Below, one piece after another: positions 12,651 to 24,409 of a stretch of 64,000 nt of DNA. This DNA comes from Octopus sinensis (lineage: Eukaryota). The first letter of the stretch is position 1; the number at the start of each line of letters is the position of its first letter. The notes below the pieces were generated by a model, which did no database searches, was not told where the DNA came from, and saw only the letters and a program-made list of their open reading frames with translations. The DNA lies in the NCBI RefSeq assembly GCF_006345805.1, contig NC_042999.1, positions 90,582,001 to 90,646,000 of the forward strand, read 5' to 3'. The translations under genes and the position numbers were made by a program.

Positions 12651-13429
12651 GAAAAATTAGAATTGTTCTCGTTGTTTTATATATTGTTATTGTTGTTTTC
12701 CATATAGTTGTTGTTGTTAATACTAATGCCATCGATGTTACAGTTGGTGACTACATTCTTGTTTCCGTTCACGCTGTTGTTCACGTTGATGCTGTTGTTG
12801 TTGCCGATGCTGTTGTTATTTTACTGTTTTTGCTGCTGTTGGTACCGCTGCTGCTACTGCTACAACTGTTGTACACATAGTCGTTACTGTTGTTGTTGTC
12901 ACTGCCGTTGCTGCGGCTTGTAATATTTGTAGGTACTGCTGTCGTCATAGCAACAAGACAAAATTCCATTACCTTGATTCAATAAATTTAATTGAGCCAA
13001 CTCACTTACCATTGACATCATGTTCCGTTGCCATGGTTATTTTGGGCATCAAAACTGGGTCGACTGAATACTGTCCATAGTCAACTATTATTATTTTGTA
13101 TTCCAACAGTTTATTAAAATCGGAAAAAAATATGAAATCCTTATTTTCATAAAAAATGCAAAATAACATTGAATATCTATCCGAAAAAAAAAAAAGCGGG
13201 TGTTATGAACAGAACTGCTGCCACTGCGAGCCAGATAATACCAGAAAAATAGTTTTAGCAAAATAAGTGATTGGACAATAAGTCGAAACGATTGATTAAA
13301 CTCTCAAAACTCATGATGCTCCAAGTTTCCATGACTTTACAACTGCAGCAGCAGCAGCAGCAGCAGCAAAGACGGCGACGACAACAACAGAATCTGTAAC
13401 AACAATAATGATAATAATGCGATAATAAA

Positions 13430-13640
13430 GGCTTCAAATTTTGGCCCAAGGACAGCAATTTTGGGGAAGTGGGATAGTCGATTACATCGATCCCAGTGCT
13501 CAACAGAAACTTATTTTATCGACACGAAAAGGATGAAAGGCAAAGTCGACCTAGGTGAAACTGGAACCCAGAACGTAGAGACAGACGAGATGCTGTTAAA
13601 CAATTTGCCCAGCGCGGTAACGATTCTGCCACCTCGCCGC
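13430..13640 (-). mobile_element. SINE family 2
   Basis: AAAGGATGAAAGGCAAAGTCGACC...ACGATTCTGCCACCTCGCCGC matches other copies. Confidence 0.88.
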
Positions 13641-13653
13641 TTTAATGATGATA

Positions 13654-13688
<35 letters not shown>

Positions 13689-14044
13689 AACATTTTCTAC
13701 TACTGCCGCAAGGCCTGAAATTTTGGAGGAAATGGCCAGTCGATTGCATGAACTTTAGTGCTTAGTATTTTGTTAAGCACAGTAGTGGTATATATAATGT
13801 AAACATGTAGTGTAAACGTTTCAAACTATGTTTCTAAATCCTTCTGCATTTTACATTGAACTTTAGGTCCTCGAAAATCGTCTTGGTGTATAGGTCGTCC
13901 TACCATTTTTGATAAATTTTAGTCTATAAAATTCGACTTGTATACCGGAAAATACGGTAGACAACACGAAGAAAAGCAAACTTGGAATGCCTTTGATCAT
14001 AGGTCTGCTCAACCCATGTTGACCTGGGACTTAACAAATAATTA

Positions 14045-14175
14045 ACAAACATTATTTACATTTGACAGATATTTGTCCTCATCTTGTTTGTTGTTAACAA
14101 CGTTTCGGCTGATATACCCTCCAGCCTTCATCAGGTTCTCATTCCTAAGGTATTTTTCGATGTTGTTGTTGTTGT
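14045..14175 (-). mobile_element. PLE terminal-repeat fragment (family A)
   Basis: Matches 5219-5345 and is related to 47971-48192. Confidence 0.8.
14096..14137 (-). ncRNA. Minimal type-I hammerhead ribozyme motif, core intact
   Basis: AAC-CUGAUGA-A-GGCUG GAGGGUAUAU CAGCC-GAAA-CG-UU-GUU. Palindromic ACGU stem III as in dimeric PLE hammerheads; stem I is only 3 bp. Confidence 0.8.
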
Positions 14176-15379
14176 GTTCTTCCTCCTTAACAAGGCAGTG
14201 AACTATTCAGCACTATGAATATTTGAGCCTATCCTGGTTGTTCAGCTGACTACCTGCATGACATAACATAGGTCTACTCGTTTTGAAGATTACCTAACGT
14301 TAAACAGCTCCAGCGTATTATAACACAAGCTTATAAGCTCTGTTGTCAATTTCCATAAGCGGATATTAAAATGACTTTGAACATTGTTCTAAAAGATTTA
14401 AAGTAGATTGCTGGCCGACTTGTCATTAAAGGGGAGCTGGACCAAGATAAAAAATTGAAAAACACTGTTAGAGTTACAGTGTGAGAAAAAAAACACGATA
14501 AAACACCAGCAGATACAGGGTATGATTACAGTTGGAATGCTTTCGATCATAATTCTGCATGAACAGGACTAACCTGGAGCTAAACAAGATAATTAATTTT
14601 CCCACTACCATCAAAATGATGAGAAACGTCATCTCTATCATCATTACAAACATCTTACATTACAAACACGAGCTCCATCACCGTAATCATAACCATAATC
14701 ATTGCTGTTATCAACACTCTCCCCGTCACCATGAACACATCCATTACACTCATCAATCAACAGACATCTAGCACGAAGCAAGGAGGTTCATTAAGACGTT
14801 TCTCTGATTGGTTTTTGATGAAAGTCTTCAAGTCGGAATATATGAAGTTTACTAAGATACACACGTTCTGCTGGATTTTTAATCATTGTTTGATATCATT
14901 TTGAATCTTATTTCTCAAAAGTTTCATTAGCAGGTTGATGACATAACAGAAAGAGTAATAAAGTGGAAGAGTCAGATAAAATGCTATTAGGCATTCATCA
15001 ACCATCCCACTTAGTTTAAACTCGATAAACAGGCTGAAATCATTCAACGGCAGAACAGCGGCTCATTCGTAACGATGATAATATTGTGAATTTTCTGGAC
15101 GCCTAGTACGTCAGGTATCACCTACAAGTTACAGGCCACCTCGTGTTGCACCGTACGGTCACTTCCACTCCTGGACGTGGGTGAGTTATGGAACAGCCAT
15201 AAATATGGTGAGGGATTTATAAACTGGACTTCGGATAGAAATTTGGAAATGTGTGACACCACGCAAAACAACTGGGGTACAATAGACTACGTCCGTAAAC
15301 ACATTTTGTAGCCTTAGGAAAACAAACACGGCTCTAGCACACTAAAAAAACCCAGATCAAGAAAGATTTTAAGCAGCAT

Positions 15380-16720
15380 GACATGTCAAAATACTAGTAT
15401 AACTTTCCGGAGCCCAATTGCTGTCATTAGAGGCAATTTGCTCGATTACATTCGTTCAGTGTACTTGTGGAATTATACTAGTATAAAAAGGTGCAGCCAT
15501 CGTTGTCAGCATCGCTTGTTATGTGGCTAACCTATTTATGGTATGGTGGGATAGGATACGCAAAGAGAAATTAGCAGAGAACTCCATAAACCCAACCATG
15601 TACTCCCGCTATGTGGATGATATCAACATAGTCGCCAAAGCACCCCTACAAGACAATGTTGATGATCTAGAAGCTAACACTATGGAGAACATCCAGCAAA
15701 TAGCTAACTCCATCCACCAAAGTATTAAAGTAACGACAGACTACTCTAACAAGCATCCGAACTATAGGTTATCTGTTGTAGACACGAAACTCTGGCTAGA
15801 AACTTAGAACAAAAAGGTCCAGATCCTTCACTCGCATTATGTCAAACCCATGGCCTCTAAGTACCTTGTTCACAAGAACATAGCTATTGCGAATAACGCC
15901 AAGTTCAACATTCTTATAGCTGACTTGGTGAGAGTGATAAGGAATGTGTCTCGCATGTGCGACCCTATGGAATTGGAAAGACACATACAATACTTCATCC
16001 ACCGCATGCAGTTCTCTGGCTACGACCAAAGGGAGAAGATTAGTGTGTACAAAGGAGCCAGGACTAAGTACAAAGCCATCATAGAGAGCGACGCTAAGGG
16101 ATCTTCCCGCTATACAGGAGTAAATCATGGGACAGCTCAGAAAGGCCCAGAAATAAGATAGATAAAACCAACTCGTGGTATGACAACAAAAAATGCCAGA
16201 GTGTCATGTTCGTTGATGATACCCCTGGCGGCAAACTAGCAAACCATTTTAGAAAAACATTAAGTAAGGCTAATCTACGGTTAAAGTAGTAGAAAGGCCT
16301 GGTGCTCCTATAAAATCCCTGATCTGTAGAACTTATCCCTTTGGTAAGTCCCCATGTACGAAGAACAATTGTATTGTATGCATGATGAACCCACGGGTTA
16401 ACTGTAAGGTTAGGTATATATTGTAAAGCTCACGATGTACTGAGGGACAGTGCAGAAACATGACAACTATTTACATTGCAGAGACTGCATGTAGCATAGG
16501 GGAGCGTATTGGCGAATACTGGCGCGAGCTCAAAGAAGAGAAACACTCGTTAGTGCTCTACCAGCATGCGCAAGCAGAACATATAGGCTCGATTAATAGC
16601 ATAGAGATTAGGGTATTATCGACGCATAAAACTGACACGACACTTAGATAGATCATAGAGGCTACACACATACCAATAAACTGACCAAGCCTCAATAGGA
16701 TGCACGATTGGAACAATAAT
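15380..16720 (+). mobile_element. Penelope-like element remnant: RT C-terminus, Cys-rich linker, GIY-YIG
   Basis: VANLFM...YSRYVDD (about 15610), HYVKPMASK, RMQFSGY, VVERPG.PIK...PFGKSPC...CIVC, IYIAETACSIGERIGEY...LYQHAQAEH. Frameshifts and stops present. Confidence 0.85.
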
Positions 16721-16829
16721 ACCCACCACCACACTACACAACATGACGACTAAAGACAGAAGGGAGGAGATGAGAGAGGGAAAAAATCAAACATAGATAC
16801 AAACAGGGTAATACACACAATAGATACAT

Positions 16830-16950
16830 ATGCACATACCTGTGATAAATATAAGAAATAGAGATAAATAAATAAGAAAATAAATATATTTATCACATAC
16901 CTGTGGTAAATATAAGAAATAGAGATAAATAAAAATAAATAAATAAAAAA
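16830..16950. repeat. 61-bp imperfect tandem duplication
   Basis: ATACCTGTG(A/G)TAAATATAAGAAATAGAGATAAATAAA at 16836 and 16897. Confidence 0.85.
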
Positions 16951-17284
16951 AAATCTATATAAAGGGCACAGATACAAAGAACATAGGAAGAGAAATCATA
17001 TACACACACAAACACACATACAGTAACTTCACAGACGGCCGCAACAGTATGAACAACACGACTAACAACGACAACAGCAGCAGCAGTGACAACGATGACA
17101 ACAACTACCACGATGGCAGCAGCGTGGGCGAACACACATACAAATGCAAAGAGATAGAGGAACTGTACCAAATTTCGGGTCCTAGGACAGCAGCAGCGAC
17201 AACGGGGGAGGGAATGGGGCTGAGGGGAGAGTCATAGTGCTAAGAACAATGATACACACACACACATACATGGACGGACGCAAA

Positions 17285-17712
17285 CGCAACTGGTACTTAA
17301 TTTATCGACCCCGAAAGGATAAAAGGCGAATTTGAACTCAGAACGCGAAGACAGGCGAAATACCTATTTCTTTACTACCCACAAGGGGATAAAAATAGAG
17401 GGGACAAACAACGACAGACAAACGGATTAAGTCGATTATATCGACCCCAGTGCGTAACTGGTACTTAATTTATCGACCCCGAAAGGATGAAAGGCAAAGT
17501 CGACCTTGGCAGAATTTGAACTCAGAATGTAACGGCAGACGAAATACCTATTTCTTTACTACCCACATGGGGCTAAACACTGAGAGGACAAACAAGGACA
17601 GACAAACGGATTAAGTCGATTACATCGACATCAGTGCATAACTGGTACTTATTTAATCGTCTCCGAAAGGATGAAAGGCAAAGTCGACCTCGGCGTAATT
17701 TGAACTCAGAAT
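17285..17712 (-). mobile_element. Tandem multimer of head-truncated SINE family 2 units (184-bp period)
   Basis: GAAATACCTATTTCTTTACTACCCACA at 17357 and 17541; three copies of GGTACTTA...GAAAGGAT...TTTGAACTCAGAA. Confidence 0.9.
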
Positions 17713-17885
17713 GGGCATTGTGCCTAGTATAGAAAAGAATAAATTATGTACATAAATATAAAGCAGACTTCTTCCGACCATTGTTACAGGGTTTTGCAAA
17801 TAGAAAAAAACTCACGAACAAGTTTCGGTCAGTATAAGTCGCATAAGTTAAAAATAAAACGCAATTGTATTTAGATTTGATTATT

Positions 17886-18072
17886 TTCTCTTGAGTTCAT
17901 ACGCTTGAGCCTGTTTTGAGATTTCTTCCTTTCAAGTTCGATAAGATAAGTAACAGACATATTTAATTTACAAAACTTCTCTTGAGTTCACACGCTTGAG
18001 CCTGTTTTGAGATTTCTTCCTTTCAAGTTCGATAAGATAAGTAACAGACATATTTAATTTACAAAACTTCTC
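17886..18072. repeat. 91-bp direct tandem duplication
   Basis: TTCTCTTGAGTTCA(T/C)ACGCTTG... starts at 17886 and 17977; one mismatch seen. Confidence 0.95.
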
Positions 18073-19309
18073 AACTACAAATTTATGACTTCATGTCAAA
18101 AGTATGAAATTACTGTAGTATCACTCAGACTTGGGTATTTATATTCGTTGATACAGTTCTATATTTTAGAGATGATATCACATTCGTTGATATCACATTC
18201 ATAGATTTGGCAACTTTGTTGTTATTTAGCCCACATTGTGTAGGTGTATGTTCAAAGACGTTCCGGATATGATTATTCTATATTCTCCCCGAAGACACAG
18301 ACTACTCAGGGCCACACTGTCCAACATCTTTTCTCAGACGTTAGAATGTGATTTGAGTGAAACTTGACTGCTGTTTTTAACACCCTGAGTGACCACGTAA
18401 AGGTTTCCTTACGTAATCGATTACTTCCTTTTTGTTCCTCATTCAACTTAGGGGCTTACAACGTTAAAGCAGCAAACTGTTTTGTGTAGTTTAGTAAGGA
18501 GACCTTCTTTTGGATGAGTCCTAGGATATATTAGTGTGTAGCACTAGGATATATTAGTGTGTCATTATAGATGTGAGGGAAGAATTCCTAGTTTAGTAAG
18601 GTTATGCTTATGACCTTCTCTGGTCATTCGAGACTGAATGGGATTTTAGGATAGATACAGATTATGCTCAATCCCAACATCTACAAAATGAAATCTGCAG
18701 GAAAAATGTGATTTGGTTAAGAAAGAAATTCTGGAAGATTGTCATCTTAAAGGGGGAAAACTTGCATAATGGTTAGTATGACAACAGTATGGTTACAAGG
18801 GCGGTAAGACAACAGTATGGGTTACAAAAGGAGGAGACACGAGTGTATCGGGTGAAAAATGATTGGTGGTGGTTGTATGTAAAACGAGCCAGTTCCAAAA
18901 AGCAGACATGATTGAAGTTGCAGACAAAGAAGCAGAGTGAGAAGACAGCGTGTCTGTGGGAAAGTAATTGATGCATTGTTCGTAAGTTTTTGACTATCAA
19001 TTGGAGGGCTCATTTTTTTGGATGTGCTCTAGGACAGCGGCTGTCAATCTGATAATGCAAGGTTTCACCAAAGAAAATTATTGAAATTTTTTGCCTTGCA
19101 CTTTTTATTAATGAGAATACCTAATGGTATTTGCATTCACATAATTCTTCTTTCTTCACCAAGGTGCTGGACAATGTTTAAAAGTTTAACACCATTTAAA
19201 TTTTAATAGATTAAAATGAATTTAAACTTTGTTCGTCGTCTTTTCAATCTTTAGACGATCCCATTTGTGAAAAATACTGCCGTAGAATGTTTTTGAGAGT
19301 AGCAGAATC

Positions 19310-19500
19310 GTTAGCATGCCAAGCAAAATGCATAGCGTCATTTCGTCCGTCTTTATTATTTTGAGTTCAAATCTCGCCGAGGTCGTCTTTGCTTTTTATC
19401 CTTTCGGAGTCGATAAAATAATTATCAGTCAGGCACTGAGATCGACTTACCTCCCCGTTCGAAATTCCTGGTCTTGTGTCAAAATTTGAAGCCAGTATTG
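19310..19500 (+). mobile_element. SINE family 2
   Basis: GCAGAATCGTTAGCA...GAGTTCAAATCTCGCCGAGGTCG...CCTTTCGGAGTCGATAAAAT. Confidence 0.85.
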
Positions 19501-20985
19501 TTTATCTTTTCTCGGTAAATATAGGCAACAATTCTTGCTATGTTCCGGATTTATTCTGATCTGTTCAGGACAAGATGGTTTTCACCGTATTTGCTGAAGT
19601 TGAAATAAATGAATCACAGAATAAATATGAACGACTGTACTTTTAATAGATCAGGGAAATAGAAGTGGTGAAAGATTGACACTTCTGTGATATACTGTTA
19701 TGTTTAACTGGTGTGATTTACTTTTCTGATCCACGCTGCTGTGTGTGATAAACTGCCAACGAGAAAGCATGGTCGTGGTCGCTTAGACTGATAGAAAAAT
19801 AAGGAAGAAACCACATCCTTATATCACATACTCATGTCTTCAGAAAAGGGCACGTTAGACACTCTCGACATACAAAGAAAGACAAGTTGGTCACAACTTG
19901 AACTCTTTTGATCATAGATCATTCAACGACACCAATAACAGCTGCTGCTGTTACTGTTTTTGTTGTTTCTGTTGTTGTTGTTAAGCAACAAGACGGGTAA
20001 GGGTGATTAGGTGATGGTCTAGGGCTTAGGGGCGGGAGACCCCAGACCTTGGAGAAAAAAAAAACTTTGGTCGTCTTGTTGTCGACGAGGGCTCTTCGTT
20101 GACGCCCTTCACCACTGGGAGGTGGCCTTCGAAGTCGCTGGAATTGGAGATTTCCAGGTCCAAATTCTTGAACGGCTGTTGTTGCTGCTGTGTTCAACTA
20201 CAGTGAGTATTCTCTTGTTACATACTGCGCTGATCTACTCTTGCTTTTTACAGTTGTAATCTAATACTGTAGTCTCTTGCTTTGTTCCATAGTTGTTTTC
20301 ACTAATTGTGTTCTGCAGATCAGTTTTAATTTTCTATTCCGCTGCTTGCTGTCCGGCTGTTGTGCTCCGCTTCTGAGACTGAAGTTTATGCTGCCGAATA
20401 TACTCGAATATCTTAAAGACAAACTCCAGTTATTCAAGACAGAGATGTCCAGCTATTTTATTTTTACACTTCGTATAAATAAAGAAAAGTATTTGATTAA
20501 TTCCAAAAAATTTCTTATAAGTATCAGGTTTGGATTAGAGCATTTGGAGAGAAACTGGATTTATTTTATTGCGACTGCAATCAACCCTTTTGAAATAAAC
20601 ATTGAAGCAATAACTGTTATAATCTAAGAGACTTTCCAAACAGTAACAGTGAAAAAAAATATTGCTGAAAATGTTCTTTGTATAGAGAACATTTCAGATT
20701 CTATATTCTAAACGGGATTTGCTATCTCCATTTGTATTTTAATTTCAAACACTCCATGTGTCATTACTTTTCAGCAAAAATCTATTTAAAATCTAAAGAA
20801 ATAATAATAGGAAAACAACTCAGAAACTGGTTATTCATAAAACAACAAAGAAAAAAAAATACAAAACAAAAGCAAAAATCAACAACATTTTTTCTCTATA
20901 TAAGGAAACAATAAAGCACAAATTAGAAGCTGATTACGCTGAAGGAAAAGCTTTAGTTAAGAGAGGAAAAAAATCGAGGTAAGTG

Positions 20986-21029
<44 letters not shown>

Positions 21030-21284
21030 GGGAGAGGGAGGGAGAGAGAGAGAGAGCATTCCATTCGTTGCAAGTCTCGATAAAAAAGAAATAAGTCAGA
21101 GAGACAGCTAACAATGGCTCATAGCCTTTAGACAAAAGGTGAAACAAAAAATCTAATATTAGTCTCACACAAGATCACTTGCAAGTTACTAAATACTAAA
21201 TACCATATATATATATATATGTACTAAATACTAAATACTATATATATATAATTTGAAAGCAGTGAAAAGTCCCGCCTGAAAATA

Positions 21285-23295
21285 AAACTGTTGGAAATTG
21301 AAAAATGTCTGCAACTCTCCCATGAAAAAGAAAGAGCTATAGACAACATAAAATCTAACTCCAGAGCTTTCTACAGGTATGCCAAAGAAACAGCTACGGT
21401 GCACTGTAGGATAGGGCCACAACTTGAAATGCATGGCACACTCACAGGAAATCCAATGAGGATAAGTGAAATACTAAATGAGCAATTCAAGAATATTTTC
21501 ACTCCACCCCTAGGGCATTTTCAAGTCAGCAATCCAATACCTCTGCAGATATAAAATCAGAGGCAGCGATGATTGATTACATCAGTATAAAGGAAGACAA
21601 TGTAATAAAGGCTATAGATGAATTGTAAACAAACTCAGCTACTGGCACCGATGGATTCCCAGCAATCCTTCTAAAAGTATGTAAGAGAGTCCTAGCAAGA
21701 CCACTGCAGTTCCTTCTTTCAGAGCTTCCTTGCAACTGGAAAACTTCCAAGAAAATTGAAGGAAGGTAAAATATGCCCTATTCATAAAAGAGGTAGCAGA
21801 GCGGAGGCCAAGAACTACAGACCTATCTCTCTGACCTCACACATCAGCAGGGTCATGGAACGAATAGTCAGAAGGAAACTAATCACCTTCCTTGAAGAAA
21901 ATGACTTGCAGCCTGACACACAACATGGTATCCGACCAGGAAGAAGCTGCTTAACTCAGCTCCTACAACACTATGACTGGGTGCTGAAACGACTGCTCAA
22001 CCACTCAAATGTGGAAGTCATATATCTCGACTTTGCAAAGGCCTTTGATAAAGTCGATCATGGAATGATATGTCACAAACAGCGTGATCTTGGCATAGTT
22101 GGAAAATTGAGAGAATGGCTTCATGACTTTCTGAAGGATAGAAGTCAGGTGGTAGTAGCCAATGGGGCCACTTCCATTAACACGCAAATAGTGAGCCGTG
22201 TTCCGCAAGGCACTGTTTTGGGACCACTACTGTTCATAATGGCCCTCTCAGACATGCCCTCAGCCATGCAGAGAGCCACGATCACAAGTTATGCAGATGA
22301 TACAAAAGTTTCACAGGCAATACAGAACCCTGAAAACACTAAGCACCTGCAATGTGAGCCGGACAAAATATACAAGTGGGCTGAAAAGAATAGCATGCAG
22401 TTCAATGCTGAAAAGTTTCAAGCTTTATGCTATCAGCATGCAAAACTAAATGCAATATCCAATAAATACACTGGACCTGGAGGGATTGCAATCCCAGAGG
22501 CACAATCAGTGCGAGACCTGGGTATTTACATGAGTGATGATGCAACCTTTCATGTGCATGCTGCTAAATTGGCAATGAAATGTAGGCGGCTGACCGGATG
22601 GATTCTTAAAACCTTTAGAACAAGAGACCAGGAAACCATGATGGTCCTCTGGAGGACACTTGTCCTAAGCCACTTTGACTATTGCTCTCAGCTATGGTCA
22701 CCATCCAGTGTCAAGTTAATCACAGAACTTGAGGCGATCCAACGAAGCTACACGAAGAAGATAGCCTCTGTGCAGCATATAAGCTACTGGGAAAGACACA
22801 AGAGATTAAGACTCTATTCCTTAGGGCGTAGGCGAGTAAGATATGCCATAATATACATCTGGAAGATCCTAGAAGGACTTGTCCCAAACTTTGGCATGGA
22901 CAAATGCTAGAACTGGGCGCCACAGCATAGTGCCAAGGACTCCAAATTTGCCATCAAGATGTAGGACAAGATACTGTGATAGCCTGGGCTTCAGAGGCCC
23001 ACAGCTCTTCAATATCCTCCCGAAGAACCTGAGAGACCTGCATGGGGTGGATGCTGATGTCTTTAGAATAAAACTGGATCTCTTCCTGTCAGGTGTCCCA
23101 GATGAACCAACTTCACGGCAGGAGGGACAGATGAGGGCAGCTGCATCGAACTCTCTCATGCACCAAATGGCAATTGCTAAAAAGCATTCGTGAAGTAAAA
23201 TCATGTAGCAACACCAAATGGCGGTGCCCCAGCATGGCCACAGCTCGTGAGCTGAAACTAGATAAAAAAATAAAATAAAAATAAAATAAAATAAA
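21285..23295 (+). mobile_element. 5'-truncated CR1-group LINE with (TAAAA)n tail
   Basis: RT ORF 21756..22910, upstream shifted frame NSRAFYRYAK...LNEQF, downstream GPQLFNILP...KLDLFLSGVPDEP, tail at about 23265-23298. Confidence 0.93.
21756..22910 (+). CDS. Reverse transcriptase ORF (384 aa) of a CR1-group LINE; truncated TE ORF
   Basis: NYRPISLTS, QHGIRPGRSC, YLDFAKAFDKVDH, VPQGTVLGPLLF, YADD, DLG, LSHFDYCSQLWSP. Confidence 0.9.
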   Translation: MKEGKICPIHKRGSRAEAKNYRPISLTSHISRVMERIVRRKLITFLEENDLQPDTQHGIRPGRSCLTQLLQHYDWVLKRLLNHSNVEVIYLDFAKAFDKVDHGMICHKQRDLGIVGKLREWLHDFLKDRSQVVVANGATSINTQIVSRVPQGTVLGPLLFIMALSDMPSAMQRATITSYADDTKVSQAIQNPENTKHLQCEPDKIYKWAEKNSMQFNAEKFQALCYQHAKLNAISNKYTGPGGIAIPEAQSVRDLGIYMSDDATFHVHAAKLAMKCRRLTGWILKTFRTRDQETMMVLWRTLVLSHFDYCSQLWSPSSVKLITELEAIQRSYTKKIASVQHISYWERHKRLRLYSLGRRRVRYAIIYIWKILEGLVPNFGMDKC

Positions 23296-23440
23296 ATGTA
23301 TAGTTGTAAATTGTAAAACACAACTGTCATCATTACTACATGAACCTGAAGATTACATAGTTTAATGCATAAAAGTACGATTCAACCAGAATGGACATTT
23401 AATATTCTATCGTTTCATTATCCTATATTATTTTATTATA

Positions 23441-23982
23441 CAGGGTCAGGCAAAATGATCTGACACATTTGTAGGTTAAATAAAAGACAAATGAAGTAAA
23501 GAAACAAAAAAGTGTTTTTATTTTTGAAAAGTACATATAATGCCATTTTGTTTCATTATGTTTTAAAAATTAAATCAGTCAAATGGGATCCATTATTGTC
23601 CACACACTGTCGAAGGCGTTCACGAAAGTTGTCAATAACTCGGCGGGTCATTTCATGTGGAATGGCAGTAATTTCTTGACGAATTGCATCTTTAAGTTGG
23701 TCGGCCGGTTGATTTTCGTTTCAATGCAGATCCAGTAGCTCTGAAGTTGGTAACCCATAACAAGACCGTGTTTCGAGCTGGTACGGGATCATGTCTACCA
23801 AGATTAAAATGCAAACGGAACGCTCTTTGTGTTGCAGTTACAGAATCGTTTGTTTTGATAAACGTTTCCACAATGAAAGCGCGATGCTCACCAGTCCAAT
23901 TCATGACAGCAACTGAAAAAGAAACGAAAAACAATGCTTTTATTTAACCTACAAATATGTCATATCATTTTGCCTGACCCTG
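23441..23982 (-). mobile_element. Internally deleted Tc1/mariner element (542 bp)
   Basis: TIRs of about 46 bp CAGGGTCAGGCAAAATGAT.TGACA.ATTTGTAGGTTAAATAAAAG with 2 mismatches, flanked by TA. Transposase N-terminus MNWTGEHRAFIVETF...GRP is joined out of frame to the C-terminus LKDAIRQEI...RERLRQCVDNNG. Confidence 0.95.
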
Positions 23983-24056
23983 TATGATTGTAAATAAAAC
24001 GCGTTGGAATTTCTTTGAGTAATATACTCTTCTATACACAGTCATGCACACCCGTG

Positions 24057-24174
<118 letters not shown>

Positions 24175-24177
24175 CTA

Positions 24178-24408
24178 AATTGTAATTAAGAGCGTAGAAA
24201 AAATTCTTGCCTATATGCTGAAAGGAGACGCTAAACACCGTCGAACCACATTAAATATCAGCATTAAATCACATTAAATTTCAGCATATAGACAAGAATT
24301 TTTTCTGTGCCTTTAATTATAATTGTATTTATGATTTCACCTTAATAGGTCTATCTTTTTATATGCTGGCTGCAGATAAAATTTTTAACAATTTTATCCT
24401 TTCATGTT
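24178..24408. repeat. Inverted plus direct partial copies of the repeat at 27240-27410
   Basis: 24178-24270 is the reverse complement of about 27245-27335, and 24285-24405 is a direct copy of 27285-27410. Confidence 0.85.
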
Positions 24409-24409
24409 A

